Shown: positions 42,601-54,476 of the stretch, piece after piece
How positions within the stretch are numbered: position 1 is the stretch's first letter
How the letters are laid out: each line of letters starts with the position of its first letter
Origin: Heterodontus francisci
Lineage: Eukaryota
Reading direction: 5' to 3'
Length of the DNA stretch: 64,000 nt
Assembly (NCBI RefSeq): GCF_036365525.1
Contig: NC_090409.1
Location: 39,442,437-39,506,436, forward strand
The notes under the pieces: model-generated
Seen by the model: only the letters and a program-made list of their open reading frames with translations
What the model was told of the DNA's origin: nothing
Database searches by the model: none
Position numbers and translations under genes: made by a program

Positions 42601-44222
42601 ATCCACCTGTTTGGTCACCTTCTCGAAAAACTCAATAAGGTTTGTGAGGCACGACCTACCCGTCACAAAACCGTGCTGACTATCGCTAATAAGGAACTCC
42701 TGCAGTGATGTCCTGGAGCTCAGATGATTGACCTCCAACAACCACAACCATCTTCCTTTGTGCTAGGTATGACTTCAGCCAGCGGAGGGTTTTCCCCGAT
42801 TCCCATCGACCTCAGTTTTGCGAGGGCTCCTTGATGCCATATTCGGTCAAATGCTGCCTTGATGTCAACGGCAGTCACTCTCACCTCACCTCTGGATTAC
42901 TAGTCCAGGCCTCTGGATTACTAGTCTAGTAACATAACCACTGCACTACTGTACCAATAAAATCAGAGTAAATGCAGAATACCTGAAACAGAAACTTCTC
43001 ACCTGTTACAGAGAGATCGACATCTTGATGAAAGACAACATCTGCCCTCTTGTAAAACTGGCACACATACTTGTACTGGTCTGACTGCCTGAGGTCAGAG
43101 ATCATAACTGACCAGTTGCCTTGTTCCAGTTGATCTTTGAACAGGTTTGTTCTGTTTCTGAACCGTGGGTCTTGTAGTGCCAACTCATCATTTCCATTGA
43201 CAAATCTGTGTAAAACTCCGCGCTTGAATATCCACCAAATTACCTGGAAATCAGAGACTGGGACATTCTCTTTGTAGACACAGGGCAGCACAACCTGCTC
43301 CCCAAGGAACCCAGAAACTGGGACAGGCGAGTAACCTGGAAAAGATTGAAAGTATTTATCCACAGATATAACCTCCCTGCTGGTACATTCCATCCCAAGC
43401 TCCACATGGTTACACTGCGATGCTTGATTTACAAGAAGCACTGATCAGTAACTCACAGCTTTCATTTCTGTGGGAAGGTTAAAGGTCAGGCATTAAGGGC
43501 TTTCAACTAAAACCAGCTTGTGCTGGATATTTGTATCCACAGAGCAGCTGGACAGCACTTTGAATCGTGTGTTTCCCATTGTACACATGCTGGGAGAACA
43601 CATCAGGATATTGGTCACCCTGCCCACCTCCCCACTTTGGGAGAACAATGACAGACCAGTGAACTGGCAGTGAGATCCCCAAACAAACACTGGATTTGGG
43701 ACTGAGGTTTACAGAATCACCCAGGCTTCAACACTGAACCAACTAATCCGAGCTCTGCTGAACGTGAGAGCAGTCACAGCGCTTACCTGAAACAGCAGCA
43801 ACAGCATTTAGCAGCAGCAGCAGGAGGAGGAGGAGTTTCTGTAAGTTGGGTCCCTGCAACAAGAAAACACAGTTACCCCCCTTTACCACAGTTTCTTGCT
43901 GCTCATGTCCATTTCTGAACCGGGCTGTGTCACTGTGTCCCCCACCCCTGGGTGTAGATTAACAGCTAGGTGTTTATTTTCAGTTTAAACACAGTTTCTC
44001 TCGCTCCATCTCCTGTCTGACATTTCTCCTTTTATAAATGAGACCCTGCCCCAGGGTCAGGAAGACAAATCCCCGAAATGGAACAAACTCTTCCCCTTTT
44101 TAGAGGGAGACAAACAATAAAGAGGCGAATCCTCGGGGAGAGAAAGGAAAGTTTCCCCCACATCCCCCTCCCTCTCCCCGGGTGTGAGACACTGACAATA
44201 CCTGCAGCGCTTTTCCATCCAT
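33659..44222 (-). CDS. Single-IgV B7/butyrophilin-like membrane protein, copy C; exons 44202-44222, 43787-43853, 43003-43335, 34994-35096, 33659-33833 (232 aa)
   Basis: Exon 1 MDGKALQ|gtattg; exon 2 has one extra Leu codon; TM and tail exons match copy A; frame intact. Confidence 0.83.
36098..37313 (+). mobile_element. CR1 LINE (duplicate of 4850-6066)
   Basis: Same RT peptides and same stop. Confidence 0.93.
37314..39207 (+). mobile_element. Older CR1 LINE (duplicate of 6067-7960)
   Basis: Same degraded peptides. Confidence 0.9.
40457..42892 (-). mobile_element. CR1/L2-group LINE (same insertion as 8946-10112), interrupted by a nested CR1
   Basis: ctctggatta duplicated at the flanks; RT peptides in ORF 40751-41512. 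Confidence 0.88.
41441..42690 (-). mobile_element. Young nested CR1 LINE, C-specific
   Basis: Long open RT frame (ORF 41518-42747), (ttctaa)n tail, aggaa on both sides. Confidence 0.92.
43003..43335 (-). CDS. IgV exon of copy C
   Basis: Within ORF 42926-43441; V-set motifs. Confidence 0.93.
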
Positions 44223-44334
44223 TCTCCCGAACCCTGATCATCCCCTCTCGGAGACGGAGACAGGGAATCTGCTGCTCAACCCGGATCGGCCAACTGCGCC
44301 TGTTATACTTTGAAACACAGGGACGATAGGGGTA

Positions 44335-45088
44335 TGGTCCAGACAGAGGGGAATCAGTCCCGGTCCCCGTGTCTGTGTCTCTGTCCAGACAGAGGGGGGG
44401 ATCAGTCCCAGTCCCTGTGTCTGGGTTCAGACAGATGGGGATCAGTCCTGGTCCCTGTGTCTGGGTCCAGACAGAGGGGAATCAGTCCTAACCCCTGTGT
44501 CTGGGTCCAGACAGAGGGGGATCAGTCCTGGTCCCAGTGTCTGGGTTCAGACAGAGGGGGATCAGTCCGAGTCCCTGTGTCTGGGTCCAGACAGAGGGGG
44601 ATCAGTCCCAGTCCCCGTGTCTGGGTCCAGACAGAGGGGGATCAGTCCCAGTCCCCGTGTCTATGTCAGGGTCCAGACAGAGGGGAATCAGTCCCGGTCC
44701 CTGTGTCTGGGTCCAGACAGAGGATGATCAGTCTGGGTCCCTGTGTCTGGGTCCAGACAGAGAGGGATCAGTCCCGGTCCCTGTATCTGGGTCCAGACAG
44801 AGGGGGATCAGTCCCGGTCCCTGTATCTGGGTCCAGACAGAGGGGGATCAGTCCTAGTCCCTGTGTCTGGGTCCAGACAGAGGGGGATCAGTCCCGGTCC
44901 CCGTGTCTGGGTCCAGAAAGAGGGGGATCAGTCCCGGTCCCCGTGTCTGGGTCCAGAAAGAGGGGGATCAGTCCCGGACTCTGTGTCTGTGTCTGGGTCC
45001 AGACTGAGAGGGGAGTCAAACCCAGTCCCAGTCCCTGTGTCTGGGTCCAGACAGAGAGGGATCAGTCCTGGTCCCTGTGTCTGGGTCC
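44335..45088. repeat. About 40-bp minisatellite, about 18 units, upstream of gene C
   Basis: ctgggtccagacagagggggatcagtcccggtccctgtgt. Confidence 0.95.
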
Positions 45089-45620
45089 ATGTGGAGTATG
45101 CACACCATTCTGCTGTTAGGAAGGATGTTGCAGGATTTTGACCCAGCGACAGTTCTACTCGGGATGGTGTGTGGCTTGGAGGGGAACTTGCAGGTGGTGG
45201 TGTTCCCATGCATCTGCTGCCTTTGTCCTTCTAGTTGGTAGAGGTCATGGGTTTGGAAGGTGTTGTCTAAGGAGCCTTGGTGCATTGCTGCAGTGCATCT
45301 TGTAGATGGTACACACTGCTGCCACTGTGTGTCGGTGGTGGAGAGAGTGAATGTTTGTAGATGGGGTGTCAATCAAGCGGGCTGCTTTGTCCTGGATGGT
45401 GTCGAGCTTCTTGAGTGTTGTTGGAGCTGCACTCATCCAGGCAAGTGGAGAGTCTTCCATCACACTCCTGACTTGTGCCTTGTCGATGGTGGACAGGCTT
45501 TGGGGAGTCGGGAGGTGAGTTACTCGCCTCAGGATTCCCAGTCTCTGACCTGCTCTTGTAGTCACAGTATTTATATGGCTGGTCCAGTTCAGTTTCTGGT
45601 CAATGGTAACCCCCAGAATG
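45089..45620 (-). mobile_element. CR1/L2-group LINE fragment
   Basis: ILGVTIDQKLNWTSHINTV..KAQVRSVME. Confidence 0.88.
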
Positions 45621-45919
45621 TTCTGGATGATATTTCCAGGATGGTGAGTGACCTTGAGAGGAACATGCGAGGCCTCCTTAGACCGACTGCACAATTTTTG
45701 TATCCGTGCTTATATAATGAATATTTTGCACTTGTTTTGCTCTCAGCAAATTTTAAAATTAAAAATTAGATTCCATAGTGAGGGAATAATGTTAAAAAGA
45801 AAGCCCAAACAGAAACAAAGCAAATTGACTATAATTATAAACTCTGTCCTGCTTTCCAGTCAATGAGGTTTTATCACAACTGCTGAAAGTCTTTATTTCA
45901 CAATTTTATTGTTTTAGCT

Positions 45920-46150
45920 CGATTTCTATTGGTGGATTCTAACCGTCAATCAGCGCAGACCCGCCCCTCGGCGGCGAAACAGCTGGGCGGAGCATTCATC
46001 GCCTTGACCCTGATCGACACCGAGCTCGGCCAATAGGAACACAGGGAGTGGACCGCTGGCAGGGGAAGGCTGTCGGTTCAGCCAATGGGCGGCAGCGGGG
46101 GCGGGACCGCGCTGAACAAGATGGCCCCCGTGTCCGCCGCCATTTTAAAG
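45920..46150. promoter_or_regulatory. CpG-rich promoter-like island
   Basis: ATTGG, two CCAAT, GC boxes in both orientations, YY1-like AAGATGGC and CCGCCATTTT. Confidence 0.55.
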
Positions 46151-46249
46151 TTTATTTCCTGCACCATCTGGTCTGGATGGTGAACGGTGCTGAAAAAAAC
46201 AAGGAGGCGCAAACCGCAAACAGCAACGTTTATCAGGAAGGAGCCGCTC

Positions 46250-46375
46250 GCCATTACTGACCCCCCCGAGTGTGAGACACTGACAGTACCTGAAACCCCT
46301 TTTCTATCGTCAAGGCCTCGATCATCCCCTCCCGGAGACAGGGGAGCTGCTGCTGCTCAGCCGGAGGAGTCAGAC
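46250..46375 (-). pseudogene. Relic of exon 1/intron 1 start of the same gene family, ATG lost
   Basis: Minus strand gacgatagaaaaggggtttcag|gtactgtcagtgtctcacac versus atggatagaaaagcacagcag|gtattgtcagtgtctcacac. Confidence 0.65.
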
Positions 46376-47205
46376 CGAAAGAGAAAGAGCAGCTGCAGGC
46401 AGAGACCAAAGTACAAGGGCAGGGTGGAGCCGGAGGCTGAGCGGATAATGTTATTGGACTGGCAATCCAGAGGCAATAAAAACAGAAAGTGCTGGAAAAC
46501 GATCAGGCAGCGTCTGTGCAGCGAGAGAGAACAGAGTTAACGTTTCAGGTCTGTGTCCCTTCATCAGAACTGCAATAGATTAATAACCACAATGTCAGGG
46601 TTAGACCTGAGAGAAGGGAGTGCAGCAAGTTCAGAGGGAGAGAGGTTAGAGTGAGTGAGTGAGTGAGGGGGTGGCAGAGAAACTAAGAAGACCGATGTCA
46701 CGCCGACAGTTTTCAATGAAAAGCTCAAGAGCGGGTAAGAGGCCAGAGGGAGGGGTCCGATGCTGGAGGCGGGTGAATGGGACTGCTGGTCGGCGGGGTT
46801 GGACTCCTGGTCAAAGAAGTGATCCCAGAGGCAAAAGTGACGAAGGAAAAGCTCAACATCATGTCCAGCACAAAATACATTGAGGTAGGGGGCGTAAGGG
46901 TGTAAAACGGAGTCCTTTGCTAAGTACAGGTTGTTCAGCATCAAAGAGGGGAAGGTCAGAGGGTATTGTGAATACATGGTGTTACAACCGAGGTGGGAGG
47001 AATGCACTGTTAATTCAGTCCCGCTTCTCCACGGGCCACAGCATATCAATACATTTTCCCACTTACTGAAACAGCCAGTTAGATACTCTGTCCCCCAGAA
47101 TAAAGCACAGCAACCAGGTCTTCTTTAATCAACAACAAAATTAACTGTTTATTATAAAGCCAAATCTTAACCAATAATGAAGTAAATATATATTCAAACC
47201 GAGAT

Positions 47206-48077
47206 TGTAACAAGGTTTAATGTTAAACACACTCTCTTTATAGCTCCCCTTTGGCGAATCCTTGTTCACCGCTTTCCAATTATAAGGAAAAGAAATCAGC
47301 ACACACAGGTTTTTTTAGGTTTAAAGAAGAAAGATTGAAATTTATTAAATTTAACCTTGAACTCTAATTCGGATAATGCCTACAGATACATGACCCGCCC
47401 ACGCCAGCATGCATACATGATGTATGTAGATAAGGACTGAAAAGAGAAGATAAATGAAGTGAAAAGTTTGAGGCAATCTCTAAAAGGGGGGTTCGTTACT
47501 GTGCTTCAAGCTCGCTGTGGAGTCTTTGATTGTAGGTAGGTCTTACATGTCATTGGGGCCCAGTATTCTTCTTAAACCTTGTTCAATGTAGGAGACTTTT
47601 CTCTCTTTGAGGTTCATGTGTCTTCAGTGGGTTCAGAGGCTTGTGAGAAAGAGATGGGAGCAGGCAGGAGAGACCTTCTTCAGTCTAGGAGTAAACTGCT
47701 TTCTGCCAGTTACAAACACTGTGGCAGGTTCAAATTCAAAAAAAAAAACTCAGGTGGCCCTGCAAGTTAGTCATGTGACTAGCTGGTCTGACCACGTCCA
47801 TTTTTGTATACGGCAATCTTAGCCATCAACCTGGAATGTGAACTCCTCCACCTTTAAGATCTGATAATCAAAAGTCCATTGTGGATTGAACGTGTCAGGG
47901 TCTTTTGTCCCTTTTAAGTATTGTCTGTAAATAGGCAAATATCTTTCCAGTCAAGGGTCTGGTGTTTTTTTTTTTAAAAAAGCAAGTTCTTTTTTTACAC
48001 CAGTAACAGTTTAAAAATCAATGTGCATGTGGCAAAATTAATATGCCTCATTTTTGGGAATGGGGGCCTGCATGACA
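47206..48077. mobile_element. Nested solo LTR
   Basis: TGT..ACA termini, AGAT TSD. Confidence 0.8.
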
Positions 48078-48420
48078 AGATGTTAAAGTCCCTTATTTTC
48101 CCTAGCCCTCATGCACACACCACACATCCATTCAAAAACTGGTTAACCGGGGGAGCAAAAAGGAGTTTGGTTTACAGCTGTTTCATAGGAATGAAAAGAA
48201 CAATAAAAAAAAAACGTTGTCATGATCTGGAAGGAAGATCTTTGGTTTGGCGAGGTGAACCAAAGTCGAATAGTTGGATGCCACTCGAAGTCTTTCCAGG
48301 TGAGGATGAGCCGTCGATGATGGGTAGGCTTTCAAAGAACCTCAACAAAAGAAGGCTTTATATAAGGCTTTCCATCAGGTATGCAGCATGAAGGCTGTTT
48401 GGTCTTACAGCAGCAGTAAA

Positions 48421-48790
48421 GGGCGGCACAGTGGCGCAGTGGTTAGCACCGCAGCCTCACAACTCCAGGGACCCGGGTTCGATTCCGGGTACTGCCTGTG
48501 TGGAGTTTGCAAGTTCTCCCTGTGTCTGCGTGGGTTTTCTCCGGGTGCTCCGGTTTCCTCCCACAAGCCAAAAGACTTGCAGGTTGATAGGTAAATTGGC
48601 CATTATAAATTGTCACTAGTATAGGTAGTTGGTAGGGAAATATAGGGACAGGTGGGGATGTTTGGTAGGAATATGGGATTAGTGTAGGATTAGTATAAAT
48701 GGGTGGTTGATGTTCGGCACAGACTCGGTGGGCCGAAGGGCCTGTTTCAGTGCTGTATCTCTAATCTAAATCTAAAAAATCTAATCTATA
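48421..48790 (+). mobile_element. HE1-type V-SINE
   Basis: tRNA head (tggcgcagtgg, ggttcgattcc), V-domain gtgtggagtttgca..ttctccc..tgcgtgggttt, CR1-like tail gggccgaagggcctgtttc..(tctaa)n. Confidence 0.88.
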
Positions 48791-49254
48791 GCAGGAAAAG
48801 ATTTCTTGCAATATTCAGGATTTCTTCAAAACACAGAAGGTAACAGGAACCACTCTTGATGCAGGAATCCTTTAGCGAGAGATAATAATCTTTCCGGGTC
48901 TACTTCTGACCTCCGGGCAGGTCAGAATCCAATTTCAAAATGTCTGCTTTTTGGCCAAACCCACTGACTTTATAAAAGTTCAAAACTGAAACCACAACTT
49001 TCCATAAACAATTCACATGCCCAGTGATAAATTCTCTCCTGTGGTAACAGAGGGTAACTCTGAGGTCCACCCCCTGCTGGTTTCCTTGATATTACCTGCA
49101 TTCCTGTCCTTGTTTACCAGTTCAGCTTTCGTTGAACGTCCTATCAAAACATCCATAAAGTTCAGATCTCAATATCCACTGAAATCCTTTTCAGTTTTTA
49201 AAGACATGGAATCTGAAGTTTTAATACAAAAAAAAAATCCTCGTAACAATGGCA

Positions 49255-49828
49255 AGAGGTGAGATTAGGAGGGATGGGGGGTCAGAGGGAAGGGGAAGAA
49301 AGATCTGGAGGGGTGTTGGTACCCATGAGGTGCTGGAGCTTATGCTTCTTTAACACCTGAAAGGAAGAGATAAAGTTTTTTGTAAATGCATCGGAGAAGG
49401 TGAAGGATGAAATGGAACTGCAGAGCAGGACAGCTCTGAGATCGGGTGAGTCGGTGCTGCTGGAGAGAGAGGTCAAGTGCGTCCATGTGCACGGAGTATG
49501 GATCGCGATACCTGTAATCCTGGGTGGATTCAAAACACAGAGGATAAAACTTCAGTTGGAGTCTACGTGGAATAAGTCGGAGTCGGAGACAGTCGCTGAG
49601 GAAGGAGATGTGGCTGTGAAAATGAGTTTTAGCAGAAACCTTATTGAACAGCAGGAGGGAAATGGGAAGCAATGAAGGTGAGAAATGTAAACGAGATAAA
49701 CGGAAATCCCAGAGAAAAGAGCAGAACTGCTTTGTGGTAGCATTCCTGCAAGAGAAGTGGCAGTGAAGTAAATACTAAAATAACAGCAAAATAATGTGGA
49801 TGCTGGAACTCTGAAATGAGAACAGAAA
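49255..49828 (-). mobile_element. Penelope-like 5' fragment (other parts at 46475-46975 and 50448-50635)
   Basis: HSHISFLSDCLRLRLIP; LSPSELAALPSLRSNPDIVV; terminal-repeat-like sequence. Confidence 0.6.
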
Positions 49829-50447
49829 TGTGAGAAACGTAGCCCACTTGATAACAATTTACACCAAGTCAAACTCTGAAGAAGTAAGTTTATTTAACGT
49901 TCTTGCAAGATCGGGTGTCCTACAAGCAGGCACACCGATCAACATATTCAGTTCATGTTTATGCAATACAAATCCATTTGTCCACGCCTTTATTTTACAT
50001 TATTGGTTATAACGTATTATGACACTAACCTATCCTATGGTTGCTACAGTCTCCTCCTCTGTTTACTTCTCCCCCTACTCTAACTTTCTAGCCCCTAACT
50101 CTTGTTTTTGTTTTACCTTATTTGGCTCTCCATTATGTGTTTTAACTTGCAGCTGTCAGCCTTTATCTTAGTGGGGCAGTTTCTTATTCACTACATCCAT
50201 TGTTCTAACTCTTGCTGTTTCTCTGTTATCTGCCTAAGCACAATTTTTAAGTGATGTACTGTCCCAAGGTCTCCACTTACATACCCTTATCAATTCTCTT
50301 TGTCAGTGATGTACTGTCTTAAGGTCTCCACTGACATATCCTTATCAGTTCTCTTTTTCAGTGATTTCATTATGTTGTGCACAAATGACTTCTTGGTAAC
50401 TTTCCACAAGCTGTAGAAACAACATTTCAGTATTTCTTATTCTCACA
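49829..50447. mobile_element. Solo LTR
   Basis: TGTGAGAA..TTCTCACA termini, GAAA TSD. Confidence 0.78.
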
Positions 50448-50639
50448 GAAAGTGTCAGAAATACTCAGCAGATCTGGCAGCATCTGTGTAGAGAGAAACA
50501 GAGTTAACATTTCAAGTATCTGACCTTCCATCAGAACCTGGAATGTTAACCCTGTTTCTCTTTACTTGCTGAGTATTTCCAGCACTTTCTGTTTTTATTT
50601 CAGAGATCCAGCATCTGCAGTATTTTGCTTTTCCGCATG

Positions 50640-51205
50640 GATTCTGACATGCTGCCGGCCAGAAGCATACACTTCCAGCAGGTCTGAGCCGACCCAGTCC
50701 CTCAGAGTCGCAAACAACTCAACTGGTAATCTGTCGCTCCTGGGGGGGTGGTTTTACTCGTCTCGAAGGACCTGACAGCCTTTGTCAGTTTGTCCAGAAT
50801 TAGCGGTTTGTCCAGACTCTCCCACGTACTGTCATCTAAGACCTCCGTGACAGATGACAGGAAGGACTGGGAGGCCGTGCTGTCTGTGGGCTTCACGTCG
50901 TACAGCCCAGCATAAAAGGATTTGCTGAACCTTAGTATGTCAGACTGCGATGACGTTACCAAGCTGTCTTCTTCCTCCAGGCTGCTGATCACAGAGCTCT
51001 CTCTGTGTACCTTTCGGAAGAAGTAACACGAGCACGTCTCATCCTGCTCCACGGAGCGGACTCTGGACTGGAAGATGATCTTGCAGGCCTCTGCGGCAAA
51101 GAGCAAGTCCTGCTGGCTCTTCACCTCTTGGAGATCCTCCTTGGCCTCGACCCCAATCGACTGCAGCCGGAGCAGATTCTGCATGCTTTTCTGCCAACTC
51201 TCTGA
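50640..51205 (-). mobile_element. L1/Tx1-type ORF2 fragment
   Basis: SRVRSVEQDETCSCYFF..SFYAGLY linker before the RT. Confidence 0.75.
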
Positions 51206-51474
51206 TCATCCTGGGATAGACAGTCATATGAACATATGAATTAGGAAAAGAACTCAGTCACATGAATTCTCGAGCCTGCTCAGCCATTCAATAAGATCAT
51301 GGCTGATCTGATTACTCCACATTCTCAACTATCCCCAATAACCTTTCCCCACCTTGCTTATCATGAATCTATCTACCTCTGCCTTAAAAATATTGAAAGG
51401 CCTTTTGACATCATCACATTTTGAAGAAGAGCTTTATACAAACGGGAACAGTGTTATACAACATCAACTGAGAT

Positions 51475-51548
51475 TGGACCCTAATGAGATTTGAACTCAC
51501 AACTCATGGTTTACAAGACCAGCTCTCTAACCCCTGAATAATGGAGCC
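51475..51548 (-). pseudogene. Degenerate tRNA-Thr(TGT)
   Basis: ggctccattattcaggggttagagagctggtctTGTaaaccatgagttgtgagttcaaatctcattagggtcc aligns with vertebrate tRNA-Thr-TGT but has stem mismatches. Confidence 0.75.
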
Positions 51549-51974
51549 AGATGTCAGCGAGGAGGAGGCAGGAGTCGGAGAAGAACACCGGCTTGACGTC
51601 AGTGGATCCGACTGTGAATGCGCGGGACACAAACAGGAAGTCAATCCTGGAATGGACGGACCCGTCTGGTCTTCACCAGGTCTATCTACACTCTGCTCCA
51701 TCTGCAGGCCAAGACATTGTGCAGCTTGGCCTCTTTGACTGTTTCCATTTGGAGTCTGGACGGGGCTGAGTAAATTGGTCCTATATTCTGTGGAGTTCAG
51801 AAAAATGAGAGGTGATCTAATTGATTCTGAAAGGGTTTGATAGGGTAGAAGCTGAGAGATTGTTCCCGCTGGTCGGGGGATCTAGAACATGGGGACACAG
51901 TCTCAGGATAAGGGGCCAATCATTCAGGACTGAGATGAGGAGAAATTATTTCAGGTATAGGCAGCTGGGATCAA

Positions 51975-53895
51975 GCGAGTCCCTCGGAGTATAAGGGATG
52001 CAGGAGTACACTTAAGAAGGAAATTAGGAGGGCGAAAAGGGGCCATGAGATTTCCCTGGCAGATAAGATAAAGGAGAATCCTAAAAGATTCTGTAAGTTT
52101 TTAAGAGTAAAAGGGTAGCGAGGGAGAGAGTAGGTCCCCTTAAGGATCAGTGTGGTAATGTATGTGAGGAGCCACTGGAAATGGGCGAGGTCTTAAATGA
52201 ATACTTCTCGTCTGTATTTACCATGGAGAAGGTCATGGAATCTAGTGAGTTCAAGGGAGGGAACAGCGATATCCTGGAGCCTATCAACATTACAAAGGAG
52301 GAGGTGTTGGAGGTTTTGAAGCGCATTAAGGTGGATAAATCCCCAGGGCCTGGCCAGATGCATCCTAGGACATTATGGGAAGCAAGGGAGGAGATTGCTG
52401 GGGCCCTGGCAGAGATTTTTGTATCATTGTTAGCCACGGGTGAGGTACCGGAAGACTGGAGGATATCTAATGTTGTGCCTTTAAGAAGGGCAGCAGGGAT
52501 AAGCGAGGGAACTACAGGCCGGTGAGCCTTACATCAGTAGTGGGAAAGTTATTGGAAGGGATTCTGAGAGACAGGATCTATATGCATTTGGAAAGGCATG
52601 GTCTGATTCGGGATAGTAAGCATGGCTTTGTATGTGGGAAATCATGTCTCACAAATTTGATTGAGTTTTTTGAGGAGGTGACTAAGAGGATTGATGATGG
52701 CAGGGTGGTGGACGTTGTCTACATGGACTTTAGCAAGGCCTTTGACAAGGTCCCGCATGGTAGGCTGGTCTGGAAGGTTCGAACACATGGGATCCATGGT
52801 GAGCTAGCCAATTGGATACAAGATTGGTTTGGTGATGGGAGGCAGAGGGTGGTAGTGGAGGGTTGTTTTTCAGATCGGAGGCCGGTGACCAGTGGTGTGC
52901 CGCAGGGATTGGTGCTGGGCCCTCTGTTTGTCATATATATTAATGACATGGATGAGAATGTAGGGGGCATGATTGGTAAGTTTGCAGATAACACCAAAAT
53001 TGGTGGTGTAGTGGACAGTGAAGAAGGTTGTCTAAGATTACAACAGGATATAGATAAACTGGGAAAGTGGGCAAGGGATTGACAAATGGAATTTAACGCA
53101 GACAAGTGTGAAATTATGCATTTTGGGACGCTAAACCAGGGCAGGACATATACAGTGAATGGCAGGGCCCTGGGGAGTGTTGTTGAGCAGAGAGACCCTG
53201 GGGTGCAAGTACATAGTTCCCTGAAAGTGGCAACACAGGTAGACAGGATGGTGAAGAAGGCATATGGCATGCTTGCATTACGGCCGAGGCATTGAGTACA
53301 AGAGTTGGGACGTCCTGTTACAGTTGTACATAACGTTGGTTCGGCCGCATTTGGAGTACTGTGTGCGGTTCTGGTCGCCGCACTACAGGAAAGATGTGAT
53401 TAAGCTAGAGAGGGTGCAGAAAAGATTCACAAGGATGTTGCCTGGTTTGGAGGGCTTGAGTTATAAAGAGAGATTGGATAGGCTGGGTCTGTTTTCACTG
53501 GAGCTAAGGAGGTTGAGAGGGGACATGACAGAGGTATATAAAATTATGAGAGGCATAGATAAGGTAGATAGCCAGAATCTATTTCCCATGGTAGGGGTGA
53601 CTAAAACTGGAGGACATAGATTTAAGGTGAGAGGGAGGAGGTTTAAAGGAGTTCAAAGGGGTACATTTTTCACACAAAGAATAGTGGGTATCTGGAATGA
53701 GCTGCCAGAGGAGCTGGTGGAGGCAGGAACAGTAGCAACATTGAAGAGGCATCTGGACAGGTACTTGAATGAACAAGACATGGAGGGATATGGAATTAAT
53801 GCAGGCAGGTGGGATTAGTATAGATAGGCATTATGGTCGGCATGGACGCGGTGGGCCGAAGGGCCTGTTTCTATGCTGTACCACTCTAACTCTAA
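51975..53895 (+). mobile_element. CR1 LINE, 5'-truncated, with tail
   Basis: RT peptides in ORFs 52181-53818; tail ..gggccgaagggcctgtttctatgctgta. Confidence 0.93.
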
Positions 53896-54134
53896 GTGAG
53901 CCTGGAGGCAACGGAAGACGAGCTCAATGTCATACCGAGGGTGAAATTCATTGAGGTGGAGGCGGAAGGGGATAAAACAGAGTCCTTTGCTGAGTAAAGA
54001 ACGTTCCCTGTCAGAGAGAGGAAGGTCTGAGGGTTTAGTGAATACACAGCAAGGGGTCAGATCAGAGGGAAGTGAAGGGGAAGAAGGATCTGGAGAGGCA
54101 ATAGTCCCCATCAGCTCCTGGAGCTGGTCTTCCT

Positions 54135-54476
54135 CAACACCGGAAATGAACTAAACAGAACTGAATCAGCCAAGGGGCGGGGCCAGGGGACTGTGGGCGG
54201 GGTTAGTAATGAGTGACAGGCCAGTCCGGCCGCTGATTGGGCGATTGGCTCTGAGACCCGCCACTGGGGCCAGGAGAAGTTGTTAGCCCCACCCCGGCGG
54301 GTCGAGCGCTGAGTGACAGGCGGGCCCGGTCGCTGATTGGGCGACCTGCTCTGACCCCGGCCCTGACTGCCAATAGAAGCCGTGCCCGCCAAGTATTGGT
54401 TTCTTTATAAACCGGATGAAGGGTTCAGGCAGATTCCCGCCATTTTCACTGGAGCTGGTGATCCAGGATCGGGGCA
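54135..54476 (+). promoter_or_regulatory. Proximal promoter/5'UTR of D
   Basis: GGGGCGGGG, two TGAGTGACAG..CTGATTGG modules, CCAAT, tttataaa, YY1-like CCGCCATTTT. Confidence 0.7.

Larger units (their letters stand above)
31279..44300. repeat. Segmental duplication unit C
   Basis: Offset of about 31,277 from unit A; ORF track repeats the same peptides. Confidence 0.85.
46980..49248. mobile_element. Solo LTR carrying two nested insertions
   Basis: TGTTAC..GTAACA termini, ATGG TSD. Confidence 0.8.

Noticed and set aside
41518-42747. Autonomous or domesticated reverse transcriptase gene
   Set aside because: 5'-truncated CR1 with no endonuclease or true start, nested in another LINE.
44310-45141. 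269-aa Cys/Pro-rich ORF
   Set aside because: Translation of the 40-bp minisatellite.
51475-51548. Functional tRNA-Thr
   Set aside because: Mismatches in the D, anticodon and acceptor arms and a damaged A box; tRNAscan-SE would decide.
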